Assembly (NCBI GenBank): GCA_044226625.1
Contig: JBGAGQ010000034.1
Coordinates: 1 to 63,119, forward strand
From: Thermoanaerobaculia bacterium
GTDB lineage: Bacteria; Acidobacteriota; Thermoanaerobaculia; Multivoradales; UBA5704
Length of the DNA stretch: 63,119 bases
Direction of reading: 5' to 3'
Position 1 is the first letter of the stretch. Each line of letters starts with the position of its first letter. The position numbers were made by a program, and so were the translations under genes. Of this stretch, positions 54,095 to 63,119 are shown in pieces. A model generated the notes under the pieces. It did not search any database, was not told where the DNA came from, and worked only from the letters and a program-made list of their open reading frames with translations.

Positions 54095-56026
54095 CTATTG
54101 ACGGAGGGAGCCGGGCTCGACCGGATCCCGGGCGATGCGGAAACCGAGGTCCCCCTGGCGCAGGTTGGGCTTCGAGAATTTCCGGCTCCACGCCGCGCAG
54201 TTCTTCGCGTTCATCTTGAAGCTTCCGCCCCTTCGGACCCGGTAGGTTCCGGCCTGCGGTCCGTGCGGGTCGATCGGGTCGGTCTGCGAATAGGTTCCGT
54301 ACCAATCGGCGACCCACTCCTGTGCGTTGCCGTGCAGGTCATAGAGACCTCACGCATTTGGTTCGAACGAACCGATCGGCGCCAGGTCTTCGAAGCGATC
54401 TTGGGTGTCGAGGCAATTGGCACGACCGATCAGATCTTCCTCTCGGTCGCCCCAAGCGTAAGCCGCGGAGCCACCGGCCTTCGCGACGTATTCGAATTCG
54501 GCTTCCCAGAGCAGCCGATACTTCCCTTCGGGATCTCGCCGATTGAGCCGCTCGAGAAGACTCCGGACGTCGTCGTGCGTCACGCTGACCCTCGGGAGAT
54601 CGACACCTGGAGCTATCGTCGCCCGGCCGTTGGTGAGCCCCGCGTTCCACTGATCCTCGGTCACCTCGTACGCTCCAACACAGAAGGCGCGGGTGATCGA
54701 GACCTTGTGCATCGGCCGGTCGTCCGCGTCGCCGCGCCCCTCGGGAGCTCCCACGGTGATCTCGCCGGGTTTGATGTAGACGAATCCTAGATCGAGGCCG
54801 GCCGGCGACGGGCAGCGGGGATCGGAAGGGACGGGGATCAGCGGCTTTGCTGGAACGAATCGCGTGCTCTTCTCGTAGATCTTCTTCCCCTGATACGCCG
54901 CGAAACCCAAAGCCGCGATGGCAAGGAGGGCGGCCGAGGCCACGATTTTCCGCCAGGGGAGTTTGGGCCTGAGGAGTCGCCCCGTCGCCGCCCGCAGATA
55001 GAGCGTGGGGGAGGCCCAAGCCAAGCCGAACGCGCCGGAATTGAGCGCCTTGCGTCCGGCCGCGACCGCCGCTTCGAGGGAGCCGGCGCTCGCGAGCTGG
55101 CGGTAGAACGCGCGGCAGAAGGTCGTCGCCGCGCGATCTCCGATCGGTGTCTGCAGCGCGAGCACGGCCGGAACGCCCGCTTCGAGGAGACGCTGGGCGA
55201 GGCTTCCCGGATCTTCCGTGGAGCCGGAGCGGCTCCCCTCACAGGAGTTCAGGAAGACGAAGCGAAGATCGCGCGCGTCTCGAAAGACCGGTGCGAGGGC
55301 GAAACCCGGCACGGAATCCGAGGAACGGATGCGGCCTTCTCGCTCGAGGCAGAGCGCTCCGTCGCCGAACTCGGGCCACGCTTCCCCATGGCCGGCGAAG
55401 TGGATCGCGTGCACCGGGGGCGCCGCCTCGAGTCGCTCCATGAGCCCGCCGAAAGTCGGCCGGTCAATGCGCTCGACGACGACCGATTTCTCGCTGATGC
55501 GCGCTCCAAGCGCTTCCCGAATCGCCAACAGCTCGCCTTCGGCGTCGAGATCCTGTTGCCCCAAAGGTTGGGGTAGCAGCGCGAGCAGGCGGAACGGCCG
55601 AGGAGGCAGGGGAGATTCGAGAGGGCCGTGCAGCTCCGGATGGCGGACGATCGGCGTCTCGGCCGAAACGGCGAGGAACCGGTGGCCATCGAACAGCAGC
55701 TCCCAAGGGAGCGCCGACAAAGCGCCAGCCCGATCGAAATGGAGGCGAACGCGGCAGTATCCAGCACGCAGCTCCCGCCACCGACCGTAAATCGGCCGCG
55801 GGAAGACGATCTCGAAGAGCTCTCGGCCCAGCTCTCTTGCCGCGTGTTGGGTCGGGGCGTCGACAGCCTCCCGTCCGGCGAAGGCTTCTACGAGCTCTCG
55901 CGTTTTCCGCTCGAGCGCGTCGAGGTCCAGGACGAGCCGATGCGATTCGCCCGCTCCCGAGGCACGAACGCTATAGCCGTCCCCGTCGCGGGCGATCCAG
56001 ACCTCGAAGTCTTCGTACGTGCGCAT
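54095..56026 (-). pseudogene. CHAT protease - TM - formylglycine-generating-enzyme-like domain gene with in-frame TGA at 54350-54352
   Basis: IHFAGHG, FLNSCEG, TM helix, YEVT, WEAEFEY. The frame continues PNA*GLYDLHGNAQEW...RGGSF...LGFRIAR to TAG at 54095. Confidence 0.88.
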
Positions 56027-56199
56027 GGCGATGCAAGGACTTCGAGAGTTCCGCAGGTGGAGCTTACGCAGGAGGTGGGGCTTGCGCCCCGCGCGGTTCG
56101 CTCCGTCCTACCCCTTCTTCTCGAATTCCGTAACCGAGAGGATACCGGTTTTCTCGTTCGTCCCCGAACGCGCCGCGGTCCCCTGCCCGGGGCACTCTC

Positions 56200-56511
56200 T
56201 CAGAGGAAGACCTGCGACAGCGCGGTCGGCGGACAGTCCGGCAGGAACCATAGGGCGTTCGAGGGGGTGTCGTCCCCTTCGATGCGGAGCAGCTTGTTTC
56301 CTTCCGCGTCGTGCTCGATCACCAGATCGTGCTCCTGTCCGTACCAGCGGACGAACAGGCTCCGGGACCCCGTCTCGAGGGCGCGGATGGCGTCCTCCGT
56401 GGCGAGCCGGAACGCTCGGCCGTCCGAGGCGCGCCCCCCCAGGCAGGAGATGCGGGCGTACGCCTCTTCGCAGTTGGTCTTTGCAACGGACAGGATCTCC
56501 AGTCGATGCAT
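56200..56511 (-). CDS. DUF3892-like protein
   Basis: ISCLGG...EDAIRALETG...GNKLLRIEGD...NALWFLPDCP. Confidence 0.7.
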   Translation of the reverse strand: MHRLEILSVAKTNCEEAYARISCLGGRASDGRAFRLATEDAIRALETGSRSLFVRWYGQEHDLVIEHDAEGNKLLRIEGDDTPSNALWFLPDCPPTALSQVFL

Positions 56512-56668
56512 GGCAGGGCTCCCCAGGGCCGGGAAAAATGGGCCTCTCTAGACCTAACGCGAAATCTGACGGCCGCGGGTAGCGGATTTCTCGAAACGAG
56601 CTCGCGGTGCCATATCCTTCGGCTCCTGAGCTCCCGTCACCTCCCGTTTTTCGAGGAGATTGCCGCCC

Positions 56669-57025
56669 GTGATCCGAACCGGTTCGATCATCCTGGTCCA
56701 CCTGGTCAACCCGACCGAGAAGTTCTGGGGAGTGCTCTACGACCTCGGGGTCGCGGGTCTGCAGATGCGCGGCATCAGCGTGGCGAGCTTCGGCGAGTGG
56801 ATGCTCCAGGCGGCGTCGAAAGAGACGCCGACCCTCGGCCTCTCGACCATGTTCGTGCCGCTCTTCCGGATCGAGCGGCTCTACCTCGACGAGCCGGTGG
56901 GGGCCGTCTCCTCCTACCAGCAGAGCTTCGCCGAACGGGTGGGTATGCCGGTCGAGCGCTACCTGCGGCTCTATGGCGGGCTCGACGTACCGCTCGAATC
57001 GGACCTTCACGAGATCCCGTCATGA
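56669..57025 (+). CDS. conserved hypothetical protein
   Basis: GAGGAG RBS with GTG start; LVNPTEKFWGVL...FVPLFRIERLYLDE; ATGA overlap with the next gene. Confidence 0.75.
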   Translation: MIRTGSIILVHLVNPTEKFWGVLYDLGVAGLQMRGISVASFGEWMLQAASKETPTLGLSTMFVPLFRIERLYLDEPVGAVSSYQQSFAERVGMPVERYLRLYGGLDVPLESDLHEIPS

Positions 57026-57669
57026 CCGAAGCTCTCTCCCCGTCCGACGTCCGCCTCGAGCTCCCCGGCTGGACGCTCGCCTGGGCGGAGCTGCGGGCGG
57101 AGCCCGGCTCCGCCCAGGCCCATGACGTCCTGCGCGAGACGATCGCCCGGGTTCGCGAGCGCCACGGGGCGCAGCTCTCCCCCGACGATCCGACCGTCGC
57201 CGCGATCCGCAAGCTGTTCCGCGCCGCCGGGTGCGATCCCACCCGCTACCGGCCGTCGTCCGAAGCGCTGCTCCGCCGGGTGCTCAAAGGCGAAGACCTG
57301 GCGCCGATCCAACCGTTGGTCGACCTGAACAACGCTCTCTCGATCGCGCTCGCGGTGCCCAGCTGCATCATGGCTGCAGAGACGATCGATCCGCCGCTCA
57401 CCCTCCGCGCGGGAGCGGAAGGGGAGACCTTCGAATCGCTCCGCGGCCCGTTCTCGCTCGAAGGAAAGCCGCTCCTCGCCGATGCCCGCGGCCCCCTCGG
57501 CACGCCGATCACCGACAGCGTCCGGGTGAAAATACACCCCGACACCGCGCACGGCTGGCTCGTCGCCTACCTACCGAAAGATGTCGTCTTCCCAAGCGAA
57601 GCCGAGCGAGCGCTGCGCGACCTCGCGGGGCGGTCGGGGGTGGTGGTGGGGACGGTGTTCGAGACGTAG
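57022..57669 (+). CDS. B3/4 domain (PheT-like editing domain) protein
   Basis: DPTRYRPSSEALLRR, PLVDLNNALS, DARGPLGTP.TDS. Confidence 0.88.
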   Translation: MTEALSPSDVRLELPGWTLAWAELRAEPGSAQAHDVLRETIARVRERHGAQLSPDDPTVAAIRKLFRAAGCDPTRYRPSSEALLRRVLKGEDLAPIQPLVDLNNALSIALAVPSCIMAAETIDPPLTLRAGAEGETFESLRGPFSLEGKPLLADARGPLGTPITDSVRVKIHPDTAHGWLVAYLPKDVVFPSEAERALRDLAGRSGVVVGTVFET

Positions 57670-57670
57670 G

Positions 57671-58012
57671 TCAGGAAGGGCGGACGACCCTTCCGAGGCG
57701 TCCGGTCCAATCCGTCTTGCTGGACAAAGCGGAATCGATTCGCGCCGCCAGAGCCTCGAAATTCGGATCGTAGGTACAGACGACGATTCCGGCGTGCTGA
57801 TCGCTCGAACGCTCGTGAAGTCCGATGAAGTGCCGTCGGTTGAGGGGGACGATCACTCGCCCTTGCGTGGCGGCGAAGCGGAGCACGTCGTCGTCCGGTG
57901 TGGCCCGGTTGGCCTGACCTGCTTCCTGCGTCGTGAGTACGTCATGCCCGCGCCGCCGTAAGGCCTCGACGACTTGGAGCGGCAGGTTCTCGTTCGAATA
58001 GATTCGGGCCAT
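57671..58012 (-). CDS. DUF5615 PIN-like toxin
   Basis: YSNENLPLQVVEALRRRGHDVLT, DDDVL, NRRHF, HAGIVV. Confidence 0.85.
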   Translation of the reverse strand: MARIYSNENLPLQVVEALRRRGHDVLTTQEAGQANRATPDDDVLRFAATQGRVIVPLNRRHFIGLHERSSDQHAGIVVCTYDPNFEALAARIDSALSSKTDWTGRLGRVVRPS

Positions 58013-58013
58013 C

Positions 58014-58343
58014 TCAGGCCGCTTCGTTCGACAGGATTTGTTTTTCGATCTCGTCTCGATGGGCTCGGTGATAGGTCCAAGCGTTCGCGAGATCTTCCGC
58101 CCGCAGTTGCGGGTAGGCGTAAAGAAGGTCGGCCTCGCTGCTGCCGAGCTGACGTGCTCGGACCAAGAGCCAGACGGGGATGCGAGTCCGAACGATGCAC
58201 GGCTCACCGCCGCAGACCGCAGGGTCCGAATCGATTCCCGCCGAGGAATCTCCTAGATCGCGCGCAACCCAGCGCAGGACTTCCGCCTTTTCGCCTCGAG
58301 TTAAGGTGGAGAGTTCCTCCTCGATCTGTGCCAGCTTCGACAT
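58014..58343 (-). CDS. DUF433 antitoxin
   Basis: PAVCGGEPCIVRTRIPVW, YPQL.AEDL. Confidence 0.88.
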   Translation of the reverse strand: MSKLAQIEEELSTLTRGEKAEVLRWVARDLGDSSAGIDSDPAVCGGEPCIVRTRIPVWLLVRARQLGSSEADLLYAYPQLRAEDLANAWTYHRAHRDEIEKQILSNEAA

Positions 58344-58496
58344 GAAGAAATCCTAGCACCTCCCGTGAAGAGCGCTCCGAACGAGCCCAATGAGGGCAGG
58401 CGCCGGCCGTCGTTTCGACACGGTGAAACCCGGTGAGAAATTCGGGCTAGGATGCGCGGGCTCGCCGTATCCGGACAGTCCGTTCGAGGAGAATCT

Positions 58497-60503
<2,007 letters not shown>

Positions 60504-60607
60504 GGGGGCGAGCGGGCGAGGGCAGACGCGGCGCTCTCTCGTGGCCACTATCGACCTCTGAAACCCCCGTCGCCGGAGGCGAGTAAGGGTTCGTGGAGGA
60601 AGCCTCC

Positions 60608-62101
60608 ATGAACCCTCGCGCCCTCGCCGTCCTGTCGCTGCTGCTCGCGCCCTGCGTCGGGTCGGCGTTGGGGCAAGAGATCAGGCCTTCCGACGGTCCC
60701 TCGAATTCCGCTCCCGCTCCGGTCGCTCGGTTGGCTCCGCTGGCCCCCTGCCGCGTCCCGGGGGTAGACGAAGAGGTCCTCTGCGGTCGCCATGAGGTGC
60801 CGGAAAATCCCGCGGCGCCGAACGGTCGAAAGATCGCCCTGAAGGTGGTCGTCCTCCCGGCCCGGTCGAAGGAGGTCTTGCCCGACCCGTGGGTCTTCCT
60901 CGCCGGCGGGGGCGTCGCGCCGGCGACGAGCTATGCAGGATATTTCGCCCGTTCGTTCCCCGGGCTGCGGCTCCATCGCGACGTGCTGCTGGTCGATCAA
61001 AGGGGAACGGGGGAGTCGAACCCGCTCGACTGCGACCTCTCGACCGATCCCGGCAGCGCCGAGTATCGGAACGAAGCGCGGTTCGTCGCGGCGGTCCGGC
61101 GATGCCGCAACGATCTGGAAACGAAGGCCGATCTTCGTTTCTATACGACTCCGTTCGCGATGGACGACCTGGACGAGGTCCGCGCCTGGCTCGGCTATCC
61201 GCGGCTCAACCTGTACGGCGTGTCCTACGGCACCCAGGCCGCGCGGATCTTCCTGCTGCGCCACCCGGACCGGGTGCGAACCCTCGCGCTCCAAGGGGTA
61301 CTACCGTTGGACGTGCCGGTCTGGCTCGAGATTCCCCGTTCGACCGACCGGACGCTCGCCCGAGTCTTCGCCGCGTGCGCCGCGCAGCCGGCCTGTCGGC
61401 GAGATTTTCCGTATCCCGCGCGAGAGCTCGACAGCCTGCTTCTCCGCCTCGCCGAGAAACCGGCGCGTGTCGAGGTGAGCGATCCAGAAGGCGGCCGGAC
61501 AGCCGTCGTGACGATCGATGCCGAGGTCCTGCGCGCCTATCTCTTCTCGACGCTCTATTCGGCAGAGAAGATCCGCGCGCTGCCGCTCACGATTCACCGC
61601 GCCGTCCAAGGTGACTTCCTTGTGCTCGCTCGATGGCTCGCGTTTCGCGGCAAGGGCGAGATCCCGAAAGGGGTCTATCTTTCGATCGTCTGCAGCGAAG
61701 AGATCCCCCGCTTCGAGTCCTCCGCGGTCCCGGCCGCGACCGCCGGCACAGCCCTCGGAGACTTTCGACTCCGGCGCGAGCTTCTCGCCTGCCGCGAATG
61801 GCCGCATGGCGGGCTGCCCGAAGGGGACCGGAAAATCGGATCCTCGCAGGTCCCGGCGCTGATCCTCTCCGGCGCGCTCGATCACGTCACCCCACCGCGC
61901 TACGCCGTGCGTGTCGCGCGCTCGTTTCCAAAAGGTCGCGCTCTCGTGCTGCCGAACCGGGGGCACGACGACACGGACCCGTGCGTCGCCTCGATCCTCG
62001 AGGCGTTCGTGTCGGCGGGGAGCGTCACGGGGCTCGACGCGGGTTGCTTAGACAAGTCGGAGGATCTTCGCTTCGCACTTCGTTCCGAGAACCTTCCTTG
62101 A
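60608..62101 (+). CDS. alpha/beta hydrolase (TAP-like / peptidase S33)
   Basis: DQRGTGES, GVSYGT, LDHVTP, RGH; signal peptide. Confidence 0.88.
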   Translation: MNPRALAVLSLLLAPCVGSALGQEIRPSDGPSNSAPAPVARLAPLAPCRVPGVDEEVLCGRHEVPENPAAPNGRKIALKVVVLPARSKEVLPDPWVFLAGGGVAPATSYAGYFARSFPGLRLHRDVLLVDQRGTGESNPLDCDLSTDPGSAEYRNEARFVAAVRRCRNDLETKADLRFYTTPFAMDDLDEVRAWLGYPRLNLYGVSYGTQAARIFLLRHPDRVRTLALQGVLPLDVPVWLEIPRSTDRTLARVFAACAAQPACRRDFPYPARELDSLLLRLAEKPARVEVSDPEGGRTAVVTIDAEVLRAYLFSTLYSAEKIRALPLTIHRAVQGDFLVLARWLAFRGKGEIPKGVYLSIVCSEEIPRFESSAVPAATAGTALGDFRLRRELLACREWPHGGLPEGDRKIGSSQVPALILSGALDHVTPPRYAVRVARSFPKGRALVLPNRGHDDTDPCVASILEAFVSAGSVTGLDAGCLDKSEDLRFALRSENLP

Positions 62102-62290
62102 CGGCGGGAGCTGGCGGTTGGGAGTCGAGATTGATCCGGGAACGAAGGCCTTTACGCGGGTGCTCCAGTCGGAAGGGAAGGTTTTCAACCTTCGGAGCCC
62201 GCCGAATGAAAGCGCAGATCTAATACCCTTCCCGCGTCTCACCGTCTCTCCTTTCGGCGGATGCTCTGCCATTTTTAGGAGGATGCCCCC

Positions 62291-63004
62291 GTGAACCCGT
62301 ATGAACGAGTCGTTTTCTTCATCTGCTTGGCGTACGTGGGGGGGGCTGTTCTCTGGAAGGGACTCGACAAGCTCCTCACCAAGCGGCTGAGCCCTGCGCA
62401 GCGCTGGGCGCTCGCGGCGAGCGGCAATCTGGGCGCGACGTGGAGCGATGTCTTCGACCGGCTCCGTCTGCGGTTCTCGAAAAGGGAATTGCGCCGGATG
62501 CTGCGCGATTCGTGGAGCGTCCACTCGGCGGAGGAGGCCAGGGATATGCTCGCGTGGCTCGCGAACGAGGGGCACTCGGCGGAGTTCCGGGTCTTTCACC
62601 GGGAGCTCTCCCGTTTGGGCCCCGGCGAGCTCGAACCGTGGCTCGCCACGCAACCCGAAGACCGACGGGGCTCGCTGCGCTGGTTGCACGCGAACCTCGG
62701 CCTGTTCAAGGACGGCGATCTCGTCGCTTGGGACATGGAACGCCTGATCAATCTCGCCCGCGCAATTTACACGGTGGGCTGGATCGACGAGGCGACCGCG
62801 TGGCAGCACATCGCATTCGGCGCGCGGCGGTTGCAAACCGCCTACGGCTCCTGGTACGAGATGTCGGACAACTATCTCGCCGGCCGGATCTGGTGGGGCG
62901 GCGACGAGGCTTCGAATCCGCGCTATCGAGAGGCGGCGAATCAGATGCTCACCCGCTGGACGAGCCCCTGGATCAAGCTCCCCTGGAGCACGTCGCTCGC
63001 ATGA
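62291..63004 (+). CDS. DUF1266-like protein with N-terminal TM
   Basis: LRDSWSV, AWDMERLINLAR, GWIDE, YGSW, YLAGR.WW. Confidence 0.75.
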   Translation: MNPYERVVFFICLAYVGGAVLWKGLDKLLTKRLSPAQRWALAASGNLGATWSDVFDRLRLRFSKRELRRMLRDSWSVHSAEEARDMLAWLANEGHSAEFRVFHRELSRLGPGELEPWLATQPEDRRGSLRWLHANLGLFKDGDLVAWDMERLINLARAIYTVGWIDEATAWQHIAFGARRLQTAYGSWYEMSDNYLAGRIWWGGDEASNPRYREAANQMLTRWTSPWIKLPWSTSLA

Positions 63005-63069
63005 ACGGCCTGTCCTTCGGGAGGCTCCCCCTTGGGGCGTTTCCTTCGAGCGAGACGGGAGATCGAATC

Positions 63070-63119
63070 GTAGGGGCGGAGCTTGCCTCCGCCCGCGCGT
63101 TGCGCAGATCTCGGGCGGA
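63070..63119. repeat. GTAG-family REP hairpin; inverted partner cut off by the window end
   Basis: GTAG-GGGCGGAG-CTTGC-CTCCGCCC, then GGGCGGA at 63113-63119. Confidence 0.65.

Noticed and set aside
54350-54352. TGA as selenocysteine or a genetic-code reassignment
   Set aside because: The position corresponds to Trp/Phe, not Cys, and many genes in the window end in TGA.

Overview
A high-GC (~70%) bacterial chromosomal segment. It is most likely Acidobacteriota, probably Thermoanaerobaculia, inferred from the GWxTD-VWA protein, the ADOP-type permease and several small acidobacterial-type proteins. Housekeeping and metabolic genes include rlmN, an amgK-like kinase, tatA, an SLT, terC, ggt, pntAA, a DUF3516 helicase, maf, an acyl-CoA dehydrogenase-meaB-mce block and peptidases. 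Accessory inserts between them: a Fic gene beside a decayed mazEF, a CHAT-STAND-TPR protein beside an AAA_14/DUF4143 gene, an orphan Cys-rich lanthipeptide-like precursor, two intact toxin-antitoxin pairs, a CHAT-TM-FGE gene broken by a single in-frame TGA, a MITE-like element and REP clusters. A five-gene C30 carotenoid operon has no crtM, lies downstream of an ECF sigma/ChrR pair and carries a CarH-like operator. The most striking unexplained structures are two long, strictly phased arrays of degenerate palindromes. One is 11 x 20 bp (TCTCTG-N3-CAGAGA), directly upstream of a small helical protein with a basic tail (49586-50210). The other is 14 x 21 bp (TGCA-N4-TGCA) at 3571-3864. No rRNA, tRNA or CRISPR array was seen. 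All family assignments come from motif recognition by eye; no database search was run.
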